The notes under the pieces were generated by a model that did no database searches, had not been told where the DNA came from, and saw only the letters and a list, made by a program, of their open reading frames with translations. A program made the translations under genes and the position numbers. Shown piece after piece: positions 1-11,500 of a stretch of 64,000 nt of DNA. Source of the DNA: Clostridia bacterium (lineage in GTDB: Bacteria; Bacillota; Clostridia; Oscillospirales; Acutalibacteraceae). The stretch spans positions 24,394 to 88,393 of the forward strand of contig JAKSQM010000006.1 of the NCBI GenBank assembly GCA_024404115.1. The letters run 5' to 3'. Position 1 is the first letter of the stretch. Each line of letters begins with the position of its first letter.

Positions 1-284
1 AATTCCATTGCCGACTTAATATCAATGTTAATAAATCTTGTGCTCTTAGGTGCAACAACTATGTAAACACTATTTTTATCTTTATAGTGCAGCACCGCTA
101 TAACTCTGCCATCAAAGCTGCGAACAGGGTGGCTTATACCCATAATATAAGCCCCTTTTACTGAGGAATTGAAGTGCTTACTGCCTTCAACCTGACCAAA
201 GTTAAGGTTATAGGTAATGTTTTCTTCAGCGTTGTGGGAATTGATGGGATGAGTTACTTTCACACGAACATATTTCCCAAGCAT
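1..284 (-). CDS. Inorganic diphosphatase-like small protein, C-terminally truncated by the window edge
   Basis: Hand translation of the minus strand from the ATG at 284 gives MLGKYVRVKVTHPINSHNAEENITYNLNFGQVEG...AYIMGISHPVRSFDGRVIAVLHYKD... with no stop before position 1. A GGAGGAGA ribbon-binding site lies 6 nt upstream. The pattern resembles the short Firmicutes proteins annotated as inorganic diphosphatase. The gene is missing from the ORF track because it has no stop in the window. Confidence 0.45.
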   Translation of the reverse strand, partial: MLGKYVRVKVTHPINSHNAEENITYNLNFGQVEGSKHFNSSVKGAYIMGISHPVRSFDGRVIAVLHYKDKNSVYIVVAPKSTRFINIDIKSAME

Positions 285-461
285 GTTCATTCTCCTCCAC
301 CCTGACAAAGCAGGGATATTTACGGAAAAACAGTATATAACATACTACTTCCGCATCATACGACATTTATATTATACAGAATTTTTAGTCAAATTACAAT
401 ACCTAAATAGAACAAAAATGTTGCATTGGAAAAATATATTCAAAAAACGCATAAATTTTGG

Positions 462-2099
462 TTACGGCTGCTCCGAAAGTGGTGATTCTTCACGGATGCT
501 TTCAAAATCAAGAAGATTATTGTATTCAATATATTTGCATCTTATATCAAAAATCTCTCCTGCCTTTTGTGCAGGCATCATCAGCTGATTTTTAAATCGA
601 TACACCTCTGCGCCAAGGTCAAACTCCTTGCCGTCAACCAAAGCATATCTGCTGCCCTCTTTAAAGATTGCAGTGATGTCAAACATATCTATCAGCACTT
701 CACCCTCTGACTTTTCAACTTTTGCACCGATATACTGGGCAAGTGGTGCAAAAGGAGCATACCATACCCCATCTTTCAATTCACACTTAGTGCCACGGGC
801 GCAGATGTGTGGCATCGAGCCTTTATATGCCATTTTTGTGTCGTAATACACAGGCGGAAGCGATGCAGGCGAAATTGTGTCCGCATCTTTATCAATCACC
901 AAAACATCAGCAACACGCTCGTCGTCAAGCTTTGTTGTTACCTTGATTTTGTTTCCATTCACCTCAACGAGGGCATAAACTGCCACGCCCTCCTCCTGAG
1001 TATAAAAAGCGGTGTGCCACATTTTTCTTTCGTTGGCGTGCCTGCCGCCAGAGCCGTTGCCGCACTGATAATGAATTGTGCCTTGACTGGGCTTTTCAAA
1101 CATTGCATCATCACGAATTGGATATGTCCTTGCAAAAGAATGTTCGTGTCCCTCAAAAATAAGGTCGAGAGATTCAACCGCCTTTCTCAGCCACGGATAG
1201 CCGTCATCATTCTGACCCTCTGGAATAGCAGGATAAATCGGGAAATGATATGTGCCGAGCTTCCATTTTTTATCAGAATTTTTTATATCTTCCTCTGCCC
1301 AGTCGCCCACCTTTTGCGGCTCATTGATGCCCATAATGCAAAAGTGAACGTTGCCGTAATCAAAAGAATAGTTCTCTGTTTCAAATCCTTTAGGTCCGTT
1401 CTGAGGGTAAGCAAACTTAAACTGGTCATCAAAAAAATCTGCATGGTCAAGATAAAACTTTCCCTTTGGGGGATACGGCAGATACTCCTTAAATCCACGG
1501 TTATCGTGATTGCCCGTTGTCATCATATACGGCACAGATTCAATAATTCCCTTAAATCCGCCAAACATACCGTTCCACTGAAGCTCGTTCTGCCCATCGT
1601 CGCAGTTGTCGCCAGCGGTGAGAATAAACCTTATATCGGGGTCTCTTTTAAGTGCATTCTTGAGCATCTGCGTAACAGGCGTGTAATCTGGATTTTCCCA
1701 CGGGTCGCCAACCTGCTGGTCAGAGATAACCATAAATTTAAAATTTGTGCAGTTTTCCTCCTCTGTTGTGAAAGAATACTCCTCACTTCGGTGGCTGTCA
1801 TTTCCGCAGGTATAATAATATTTTGTGCCCGCCTTTAAATCTTTAAGGCAGACTGTGTTAAACTTACTCACATCAATATCGCTTTCAATCACACGGCAAA
1901 CAGCATCTGCCCTCTTTGCTTCTTTATCCTCTTCATAATAGAGCACATAGCCGTTTTCGCTTTCGGCATCTGTTCGCCACGAAACAGCCATCTGCGTTTT
2001 TGCATCACCGCAAAAACTGAGCATAATGTGGTCTGGCGCTGGGGTTGAGCCTTTATCCGGTTTAATAAAATTCCTGTTTTCTTTCAACATATGTATCAT
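462..2099 (-). CDS. Calcineurin-like metallophosphoesterase (purple-acid-phosphatase type) with an extra C-terminal beta-rich domain
   Basis: 545 aa ORF carrying the motifs GDNCDDG, GNHD and GHEH in the usual metallophosphoesterase order. An N-terminal beta-sandwich-like region precedes them. No signal peptide is evident. Confidence 0.75.
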   Translation of the reverse strand: MIHMLKENRNFIKPDKGSTPAPDHIMLSFCGDAKTQMAVSWRTDAESENGYVLYYEEDKEAKRADAVCRVIESDIDVSKFNTVCLKDLKAGTKYYYTCGNDSHRSEEYSFTTEEENCTNFKFMVISDQQVGDPWENPDYTPVTQMLKNALKRDPDIRFILTAGDNCDDGQNELQWNGMFGGFKGIIESVPYMMTTGNHDNRGFKEYLPYPPKGKFYLDHADFFDDQFKFAYPQNGPKGFETENYSFDYGNVHFCIMGINEPQKVGDWAEEDIKNSDKKWKLGTYHFPIYPAIPEGQNDDGYPWLRKAVESLDLIFEGHEHSFARTYPIRDDAMFEKPSQGTIHYQCGNGSGGRHANERKMWHTAFYTQEEGVAVYALVEVNGNKIKVTTKLDDERVADVLVIDKDADTISPASLPPVYYDTKMAYKGSMPHICARGTKCELKDGVWYAPFAPLAQYIGAKVEKSEGEVLIDMFDITAIFKEGSRYALVDGKEFDLGAEVYRFKNQLMMPAQKAGEIFDIRCKYIEYNNLLDFESIREESPLSEQP

Positions 2100-2186
2100 C
2101 CTTTCATAAATATTTTATCATTGAGAAATTTTCGTGTCAATATCAATATTTTATTTGTAAACTTTCAATAGATTTCAAAAAAACAC

Positions 2187-2215
2187 TTGTAAAAAAAAGA
2201 GAAATAGTTTACAAT
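2187..2215 (+). promoter_or_regulatory. Putative sigma-A promoter TTGTAA-17-TACAAT for the PPIase gene
   Basis: Hexamers at 2187..2192 and 2210..2215 are separated by 17 nt and lie about 50 nt upstream of the start codon. Confidence 0.4.
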
Positions 2216-2267
2216 ATACTTGTTATGCTGTATATGCAGCAAAGACTATAGGAAAAGGATGAAAATT

Positions 2268-4022
2268 ATGGCTGATAATAATCAGAACAAAGCGGAACAG
2301 TACCGTAAAGAACGCAAAGAGCGTCTTGCAAAAGCCGCTAAGAAAAACGCAAAGAACATCGAAAAGAAAACCGCAGCTCGTTCAATAGTTAAGAAAATTG
2401 TAGCTATTGTTCTTGTTGCAGCTATCGGCATTTCCTGCTTAGGCGGAATCCTCGATTACGCTGGCGTTTTGCAGTCAATGGCTCAGGTTGGCTATGTTAA
2501 AGACGAACATATTTCATTTGCAGAGTACAAATACTACTTCTTCAAAGTTTATAATGAATTCTTTAATCAGGAATATCAGTATAAGTATTACGGTTACAGC
2601 ACTGGTTCAAATTACGACACTTCACTTGCTCCCGACAAGCAGACATCAACAACAAAAGATGAAAACGGCAACGAAATCACTTGGGTAGAGTATTTCCACA
2701 ATCAGGCAGTTGCAGTTGCTCAGATGTACCTTGCTTATTATCAGGAAGCTAAGGCAGCAGGCCTCAAGCTTGACGCTGCTGAAGAAAAAGAAGTTAAAGA
2801 CGCTATCGCAGATATGCGTGAGCAGGCAGACAACGCTGGCAAGCGCAACAGTGAAGACACAAACAAGGGTTATTCACTTAACGCATACCTTCGCAACCAG
2901 TATGGTAACGGCGTAACAACTGGCTTCATTAAGAAACAGCTTATGAAAGAAGCTCTTGTAAGAAAGTATTACAACACTCAGCTTGACACTCTTAAAGAGG
3001 GTTATTCAAAAGAAAAGGTTGACGAAATCTTCAACAAAGATAAGGATTCATACCTTTTCACTGACCTCCGTATGTATCAGTTCAGCTTCGAAACTCTTAC
3101 AGCAGAAGAAGGCGAAAAGGATAAAGACCTTGAAAAGCGTCAGGCAGAATCTGACAAGAAAGTAACAGCAGACGCAAAAGCAATGTTTGAAGCTGTTAAC
3201 GATGAAAAGACATTCGTTAACTTTGCAAAGAAGCTTAACGCTAAAGACACTTCTTATGATGCTGACACTCAGACAATGGTTAAATCTGCAAAGAAAGCTT
3301 CTGACGGCAGTTCATCAACAGCTCTTGATTCAATCAATGAAGACCTTGCAAAATGGGCATTCAAAGATAGCACAAAGAAGAACGACAAGAAACTTATTGA
3401 GGTTAAAGAAAACGATAAGGTAACAGGTTACATTGTTGCTCTTATGGCTAACCCCAAGCACGATGTTGACACAGTTTCTGTTCGTCATATTCTCTTCAAG
3501 ACAGTTGACGATAACAACCAGCCACTTGCAGATGAAAAGATCAAAGAAGCAAAGCAGAAAGCTGAAAAAGCTCTTGCAGACTGGAAATCAGGCGATGCAA
3601 CAGAAGTTACATTTGCTGAAGCTGCAACAGACCTTACAGAAGATACAGGTTCACAGTCAACTGGCGGACTTTATGAGAGCATTCTTCCCGGTCAGATGGT
3701 TCCTCAGTTCGATAGCTGGTGCTTCGATGCAAGCCGTAAAGCTGGCGATTGCGAAATCGTTGAAACAACATACGGTTATCACATCATCTATTTTGTAAGC
3801 AAAGACGGTTCTTCAAAGGATAACACAATCCGCAAGAATCTTGCAACTGAAGATTTCAACGCTAAGTCAGACGAAATGCTCAAAGGCGACGAGTATGTAG
3901 CAGGCGTTGGTCCTCGCCGTACAGCTTATCTTGAGAAAGATATGTTAGAGAAGATTGCAAAGATGGTTGCTAACATCAATGCACAGGCTGCACAGCAGTC
4001 TCAGATGGCAGCATATCAATAA
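2268..4022 (+). CDS. Membrane-anchored parvulin-type peptidyl-prolyl isomerase (PrsA/SurA-like foldase)
   Basis: It has a Lys-rich N-terminus followed by one TM helix (IVAIVLVAAIGISCLGGIL). The C-terminal parvulin region reads VRHILF...GYHIIYF. I place the start at the ATG at 2268 (MADNNQNK), 9 nt after an AAGG site. The ORF-track start at 2220 is an upstream alternative codon with no ribosome-binding site. Confidence 0.8.
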   Translation: MADNNQNKAEQYRKERKERLAKAAKKNAKNIEKKTAARSIVKKIVAIVLVAAIGISCLGGILDYAGVLQSMAQVGYVKDEHISFAEYKYYFFKVYNEFFNQEYQYKYYGYSTGSNYDTSLAPDKQTSTTKDENGNEITWVEYFHNQAVAVAQMYLAYYQEAKAAGLKLDAAEEKEVKDAIADMREQADNAGKRNSEDTNKGYSLNAYLRNQYGNGVTTGFIKKQLMKEALVRKYYNTQLDTLKEGYSKEKVDEIFNKDKDSYLFTDLRMYQFSFETLTAEEGEKDKDLEKRQAESDKKVTADAKAMFEAVNDEKTFVNFAKKLNAKDTSYDADTQTMVKSAKKASDGSSSTALDSINEDLAKWAFKDSTKKNDKKLIEVKENDKVTGYIVALMANPKHDVDTVSVRHILFKTVDDNNQPLADEKIKEAKQKAEKALADWKSGDATEVTFAEAATDLTEDTGSQSTGGLYESILPGQMVPQFDSWCFDASRKAGDCEIVETTYGYHIIYFVSKDGSSKDNTIRKNLATEDFNAKSDEMLKGDEYVAGVGPRRTAYLEKDMLEKIAKMVANINAQAAQQSQMAAYQ

Positions 4023-4047
4023 GCAATAAGCCAATCAAATAACAATA

Positions 4048-4080
4048 CCCCGTGTGAAAAATCGCACGGGGTTTCTTTTT
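4048..4080 (+). terminator. Rho-independent terminator after the PPIase gene
   Basis: The hairpin CCCCGTG-N10-CACGGGG is followed by TTTCTTTTT. Confidence 0.8.
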
Positions 4081-4083
4081 GCC

Positions 4084-4518
4084 TTAGCACAGAAATGATT
4101 TCATTCGCTGAATGTTATTCTCTTCAACCTCAATGAGCTTTTCGCCAAGCTTCTGAACGGCACCCTCAGTATCGCTGTATCTTTTCAGATTTCTTGATAA
4201 ATCAATAACACCCATCATACTGCCCTGAATCATCATTTCGGCAATATGGTCAGAGGTTTTATCGGCAAGCGTGTTCATCTGCACACCGCTCCACACCATC
4301 GCCTTGCTCATGGGACCTTTATCCTTGGCAGGCTCGCCGTGCTTATTAAGAAGCTCTGTGGCATCCTGTGCAACGCCGTTATACTGCTCATGTTGTTTAA
4401 GAAGTGATTGCTTCAGCTCATCATCCTTTGTCTTTTCGCTGACATAAGAGATTGACTCGCAGCCCATTCTTGCATTCTGATAAATCTTATTTAAAAATTC
4501 TGTGTTTCTGTCGTTCAT
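4084..4518 (-). CDS. Hypothetical helical protein of about 144 aa, family not recognised
   Basis: The ORF is clean and an AAGGAGG site lies 6 nt before the second ATG at 4518. The first ATG at 4524 abuts that site. The sequence has a predicted all-helical character. Confidence 0.6.
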   Translation of the reverse strand: MNDRNTEFLNKIYQNARMGCESISYVSEKTKDDELKQSLLKQHEQYNGVAQDATELLNKHGEPAKDKGPMSKAMVWSGVQMNTLADKTSDHIAEMMIQGSMMGVIDLSRNLKRYSDTEGAVQKLGEKLIEVEENNIQRMKSFLC

Positions 4519-4579
4519 ATTCATCCTCCTTTTGATTATTATTGATTTTTAAATTTAATTTATTCAATCAAATAAAAGA

Positions 4580-4612
4580 CAAAAATCCCGCTGGTGTTTC
4601 CACCAACGGGAT
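4580..4612 (-). terminator. Rho-independent terminator of the giant surface-protein gene
   Basis: On the minus strand, GATCCCGTTGGTG-GAAA-CACCAGCGGGAT is followed by TTTTTGTCTTTT. The stem contains a G-U pair only when folded on the minus strand. Confidence 0.8.
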
Positions 4613-4632
4613 CTTTTTATGAAGGGTTTATT

Positions 4633-5565
4633 TTATTTTACAACGGTTACTGTTCCGTATGATACTGCATCTGTCCAGCCTAATGAGGACTTAGCCTTAA
4701 TCATAATATCGTTTTCGCCGTATGTTGAGATGTTCTTCTCAATTGTCCATGTAAGTGTTCCATCGCCATTGTCAACAACCTGAACCATTGTAGGTGTATA
4801 TGTAGCTGTTGTACCACTGTAGATGAACTGAACTTTCTGTGTCTTTGCATTTGTAATAACTTCGAATACGGCCTTCTGACCTACTTTGATTTCTTTTGTA
4901 AGAATATCAACCTTATAAATTGCTGCGCCTGTTGCGGGCTTATAAGTTACTGTAACAGTGTTAGAAATTGTTTCGGTCTTCTGCCATGTTCCGTTATACT
5001 GTCCGTAAACGGTTACGTTATACTGACCAGCTGTGTCAAATGCACCGCCATTAACTGTCCAGATTTCGTTGCCGTCATCTGTTGCTGAAATGAACTCTTC
5101 GTTACGATAAATTGTATTTGAGAATCCATTATCGTCTGAAATGCGGATACCCTGTGTGCCAGCGATTGTTTCAATCTTGAGAACTACCTTTTCGCCTGCA
5201 TATGCGCTTGCAGCACCAAGTGAAACGATTGCCTTAGCATCTGTGTTAGGCTTGCTGATAACACGTGTGCTTACAGTGAACTGGCTGTCATGCCATACGC
5301 CCTTATCGTCTCTTGCTCTTACATCAAATGTATGAGTGCCAAGTGTAAGATTGCTGGGTGAAAGTGTCCATGTAAGTGTACCGTTTTCATTCTCTGTAAT
5401 TTCAACATTGCTGCCTGTCTTGTAATAGGTTCTTGTGTAACCGTTCTCAACAAGCTGAACCTTTGTTGCATTTGCAGATGTTACAACAGTTGCTGTAACC
5501 TGTTCGCCAGAGATAATTACTGAAGGCATTGTTGCATCACGAACGATTGCAGGCTCACGAGCATA
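4633..5565 (-). repeat. Three tandem Ig-like modules of about 100 aa at the C-terminus of the giant protein
   Basis: The three segments share the pattern ...V.L/F.V.T.A.T..V....G.T.TY......V.....GT.TWT......G...F/I.V.A. They begin at EPAIVRDATMP, SKPNTDAKAIV and KPATGAAIYKV. Confidence 0.6.
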
Positions 5566-8500
5566 AAGTTTAACTTCTTTGTCGTTAAGCATGAATGTGT
5601 ATGAACCATCTGTAAGGTCAGCATCAAGATCTTCAATAATAAACTTGATGTTACCGTTTGCATCTGTCGGGATGTTACCCTTGATCTGGTTACCAGCGTT
5701 ATCTGTAATAACCATTGGAAGCTTTGCCTTTGCCTTACCTGTGGAGATTACGAATTCATTGCCGCTTGTGATAAATACATCATCGCTGAAGCTTGAATCA
5801 AGATCTGTAAGGAAGTCAATGTCAGTGTTATCAATTGTGATTGTGGCAAGGTTACTACCGCCAGCCTCTGTAACAGTGAAGCCTGTTGAAGTCTTACCAG
5901 TAACAACTGGTGTATAGTCCTCAGTGTTGAAGCATTTCCATACTTTATTGAACTGGTTGCCCCATCTATCAATAAGATGTGCATATACATATGAGCCCCT
6001 CTTGGGATAGAAGTTACAGCTCCAACCATTGATCTGGAAGAAACCAAGTCCCTTTTCATATGTATAGTGTTCACTGTGTGATGAAGAAAGGATTGCAGAC
6101 TGTTTTTCTGATGCGGAATTCTTAATTGACTTAATAATTGCATCTTTTGCTGCGTCGAAGTCCTTTGCCTCTGCAAAGCTTGTAGCGGTAGGTTCGGTTG
6201 ATGCATCAAAGATGTATGCAAATGAGCCTAAAACATAACCGGTATCTTTGTATGTTTCATCCTGTACAGGATATACGCTTTCCTGAGCCATAACAATTTC
6301 CCAGTTATTTGCACCGCCAGACTGTCTGAACAAATGCATCTGATCAAGCCATATATCATGATACTGTAAACCTGACTGAGGCTGATCGATGTACATCTGA
6401 AGATAATCTTCTCCTTCGATTCCGCCTTCATCAGATGTACCATTCATTGAGTTATGGTAGCAAACGCAAACTGTGATTGATTCTGCACTGCCCTTTGATG
6501 TTTTGTATGTTGAGAAACTTTCTGCCTGATTTGCAGGAATATTAGCAATCTCTGACTTTGTCATACCAACATTTGGAACATAAGCATCATCAGAAGGTGT
6601 AATTGTATAAACAATTTCGTCTGTTGTGCTTATTGTACTTGTGGGAGTGAATGTAGGTGTAAGATATACAATCTCTTTTGCGTTATAGTCATAATTACCT
6701 ACGCCAATATTGGCCTTAGTGTATTTGCTGAACCATGCACCGTTTATATCTTCTGTTGCAGGAACAGCACTATACATTACGCTGTTGTCTTTATTAGGTA
6801 CTACTGAAGAGTCGCAATCTGCTGTAACGATTGAATTTGTGGGATATGATGCCTTGTTGTTATAAACTGATGTACCAACTTCGCCATCATCAATTTCAAG
6901 AGCGATTACAGGTGTACGGCTATTTGTATAGATATAATAGTCAACAGCTGCATCCTTATGGTAGCTATACTTATCTGTGTAGATGTAGCTTGAACCATCG
7001 TTTGAACTTGGCTTGCCATAGTTCTCTTTGGTTACGCTTTCATCCTTTGTTAATGTTTCATTCTTAACAAGCTTAATCTTTTCTTTTGTTTCGTAAAGCT
7101 TGATTGAAGGCTTATTCTTTTCAGTTGTGTCCTTATTACCCGTTACATCAATATCTGTGTAATGAGCAAGCTTTGCAACGTATTCGTTAAGCTCTACCTG
7201 AGTTAATCCGTTACGTTTAAGATCAGTGTTTGTCTTTGTTACATTTTCAAGAAGCTTATCAAGAGCAGCTGCTGTGTAGTGGTTAAGGTTAATTTCCTCA
7301 GTTGCCTTAATTCTATCCTTAACTGGTGTAACATTTGTCTTGTCAGTTAATGATACTTCTTTTGCGCCTGCTGGAGCATTGTCTGTGATACCCTGCTTTG
7401 TTGTGGTCTCTGTTGTGGGAGCTGTTGTAACATCAGTGCCCTTTGCGCCTTCATAGATGTAAGTCCACTTACCTGTGTTCTCATCATAGATTGCATCTTT
7501 AAGAACGGGGCAAACCCACTTTGCATAAAGAACTGTATCATCTGCGATGTCCCAATTCTTTGCGCTTGTACCATCTTCATTGTAATACTTGGTTGATTCA
7601 TCAGATGTATCTGCTTCGAAATAGTAACCCTTGAACTTGTAGCCCTCAAGTGTTGGAAGACTTGAAAGTGTGGGCATCTTTTCGCCAAGTGTAACTTCAA
7701 CCTGTGCAGGACCGCCTACGCCGCCCTGATTTTCAAATGTTACAATGTAAGTTGCTGTTTCCCAAACTGCATAAATAACATAATGATCATTCTGGAGTGT
7801 TCCGTCATCATTCTTTGGAAGTGAAGCGAACCAACGGTTAACAACGTCAGAACCGATTGTGCAATTACTGTCTACATGTTTATATGTAGGTGTTGTTGCG
7901 CCTAATGTTTCTGACCAACCGATGAATGCATAGCTTGAACGAATGGGCTTTGCTTCGCTTGTAAGAGTAACGCCCTGATTATATGTGAGTGTTACCTCTG
8001 CGATAGGACCATTTGTACCGTATGCTGGATCAAGAGTAACAACAAAGTTGTAGGGAACGAACTTACCGTGAATCCTCATATCAGCATCAGGCATCAATGT
8101 GCTGATTTCCAAATCAATATCAAAAGCTTCAGCTTCTTCGATATTTTCATCATCGCTTGCATCTGAGCTATAATACCAACCTGCAAATTCATAGCCTGTT
8201 GCAGGAGTTGCTGTATAAGTAACTACATCTCTGTACTTAACTGCAACACTTACTGCATCATTGCCTGTTGTTGTTGCATTTGCTGTGCTTGTTGAAACAG
8301 TAACAGTACCGCCTGTGATACCGTTGATGCCTGCACCTTCTGCGTTATCAAATCCGTCAGTGTAATACTTAGCACGTGCGTATGCATTGTGAGTATTGAT
8401 TGAGAATTTAGCATAGCGCTTATTAACATTTGCATCTGCTCTGTCATCACCAAGAATAACCTTGATTGAGCTTGCAGTTGTTACCTGTTTTGTAAGTCCT

Positions 8501-11500
8501 GCATCTGAATACCAACCAGCAAATGTGTAACCTGTGTTAGGTGTTGCAAAGAATGTTACGCCGTTTGTGTCGCCGTAATATGCTGATTCCTGTGCTGTTG
8601 CACCAGGTGCACCTGTCTGACCGCACTTAACTGTACCGCCAGCTGCTGTGTTTGTATATCCGCCTGAAACGCTGTTGCTATATGCATAGGCTGTTGCGTT
8701 AAACTGGCAAACACTGAAGTATGCAATAAACTCTACCTTTGCCTGATCTTCAAACGCCGGCATTGTCTGGTATGCTGTATCCTTTGTTGTGAAAGAACCA
8801 GTCCAAGTGGTAACATTTACATTGCTGTCTTTAGCATAGAAAGATGAAACAACCTTGTATCTGATCTCAACGAACTCATAACCAGTCTTAGGAGTGATTG
8901 TAAGCTTATCAAGGATCTTATCGCCAGTGTTAATCTTTGTTACGCCAGATTTAAGTGCAATTGTACCGCCGTTTTCGTTGATCTTATATGAGCCAAGATC
9001 GTTAGCGCTATTGCTTGCTGAAAGGAATACTTCATCATACTGATACTGCTGCCATACAGCATAAAGTGTCTTTGCTGTGCCTGCATCAACCCAAGTGTTA
9101 ACTGTTGATACAGCAACAGTTGTTACTCCGGATGTAGCAGTTGAACTTTCAGCCCAACCAACAAGCTTGTAACCTGTTCTTGTGGGTGTTGCGCCGATTG
9201 TAAGAGCCTGACCGTAATATGCAGTAGCTGATGTAATTGCACCGTTTGTACCACCGTTTGCATTATAGTTAACTGTAATGCTCTTAAGTGTGAACTTAGC
9301 GTAGTATGTGCGGTTAGCTGTCATAGCTTCGCTATTAGGTGCTGTGCTTGTTGAATAACGAGTGCCCCATGCTGTAACCACGCCGCTGCTGTTTATTGTT
9401 GCAGATGAATACCAGCCGTCGAACTTGTATCCTGTTGCAGCAGTTGCTGTGATCTTTGGTGTACCGTTGTAGTTAACGCTTGCTGTTGCTGTTGCACCTG
9501 CTGTGCCTGAGTCAATCTTAACTGTACCGCCTGTTGTGTTGTTGGTGTAGTTTGTTGAACCAGCAGTATTTGAGTAAGCCTTAACTGTAAGTGTGTATTT
9601 TGCGATTGAGAACTTAGCCCAAAGTTCAACATTAGCTGTTGCTGTTGAGGGAGCTGAAGCTGATGTTGTCATTTCTTTGTTGCTGAACCAACCGTCGAAC
9701 TTATAACCTGTTGCAGGTGTTGCGCTGATTGAAAGAGCTGTACCATGATTAATTCCTGTGCCTGCGCCAGAAACTGTACCGCCTGTTGTGCTTTCTGTGT
9801 AAGCACCGTTAGTACCTTCTGTCATAGCATGAAGAACAACATTGTACTTGTTAATTGTCCACTGAGCGTAGAGAACAACATTTGCACCGTTTGTTGATGA
9901 AAGGCTTGTTACAGATGCTTTATTTGCATATGCTGTGCCTGAGCCATCAGCTTTGGTGTTCCAACCAGTGAATGTGTAACCAGTCTTTGCAAATCCGTTT
10001 GCAGTCAATGTGTATGCTACGCCGTAAACGCAGTTATTCATTGATGCTGTTGAGCCGCTTGTGCTTGTGTTACCGTTAAATGTAATGTTGTACTTATTAA
10101 CTGTGAACTTAGCCCAGTATTCAATGTTAGCTGCGCCCATCTTGGTGGGAACAGTTGAAACTGAGGTTGTCATGCCGGAATTGCTGAACCATCCTGCGAA
10201 TGTGTAACCAGTCTTTGCTGTTGCAGTGATACTGATTGTTGAATCATAATCGAATGTACCAGCTGTTGCAACTGTACCGCCTGTTGTGCTTTCTGAGAAA
10301 GTACCGTCAGCAGCTTGAGTCATAGCATGAAGTTTAACTGTGTACTTATTAACTGTCCACTTAGCATAAAGGTTTACTGTTGCACCATCTACAGTTGAAA
10401 GGTTCTTAACGCTTGCTTTATCAGCATATGCAACTGAACCATCGCTTGTTGTTGCCCAACCAGCGAATGTGTAACCTGTCTTTGTGAATGCGTTAGCTGT
10501 AAGAGTATATGATGTATCATATGCACAATTTGTCATATTGCTCATTGTGCCAGTTGCAGCTGTATCATTCTTATTAAATGCGATTGTGTACTTATTAGCT
10601 GTCCATTTTGCGGTAAGAGTATCAGTCTGACCATAAACACTTGTTGGGAATGTATATGTTGTGCCTGAAAGTGTACCGTTCAATGTTGCGGGAGATTTAG
10701 TCCAGCCACCGAATGTGTAACCTGTTCTTGTTGGGTTACTAACGGTCTGTGTCTGTCCGCCAGCCTTTGAGTATGTTGCAGGAGTTGAACCATCGTTCTT
10801 ATCAACCTTAAGAGTATTGACATTGATGTCAAATCTTGCATACTTAGATGCACCGCTTGCATTATAAGCAACTGTGATTGAAGCGTTTGTGTTTACAGGT
10901 GTGCCAGAAACTGTTGCTGAATCGTACCAACCAACGAAGTGGTAGCCTGTCTTTGCAGTTGCAGAAACTGTAGCTGAGTTGCCAGTGATTACTTTACCGC
11001 TTGCTGATGCAGTGTCTGCATTATCTGTTGTTGCACCAACAACCTTAACAGTACCGCCTGTTGTGTTGTTTGCCCATGATGTCTGTGCAGCAAATGTGTT
11101 GCTGTAAGCATATGCTTTAACTTCGCAATAAACAAGGTCAAATCTTGCATAGTATGTAAGGTTTGATTCACCCATTGTTGATGCGGGAGTTACTGTTGAG
11201 CCCCAAGTTGTGCCGTTTGTGGGAGCTGCTGTGTACCAGCCAACGAACTTGTAGCCTGTTGCTGGTGTTGCGCTTACTGTAAATGATGCACCGTAATTGT
11301 ATGTGCCCTTGCCTGAAACAGTACCGCCAACACCTGAAGTCCAAGTGGTTGTTCCTGTTACAGAGTTACCATAAGCGTAAACATTTACATCGTGTGCATT
11401 AACTGTCCACTGAGCAAAGAGCTCGATTGAAGCAGATGGTGTGTATGAAGTGCCTGCAGCGCCGATCTTGTTGCCGCCTGTGCTTGCATCATACCAGCCT

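Noticed and set aside
283-588. 101 aa plus-strand ORF.
   Set aside because: It spans the start of the PPase-like gene, the intergenic DNA and the 3-prime end of the phosphoesterase gene. It has no ribosome-binding site and a low-complexity product.
807-1838. 343 aa ORF on the plus strand.
   Set aside because: It lies entirely antisense to the well-supported metallophosphoesterase gene. The product is Cys/Ile/Arg/Leu-rich junk with no ribosome-binding site or recognisable motif.
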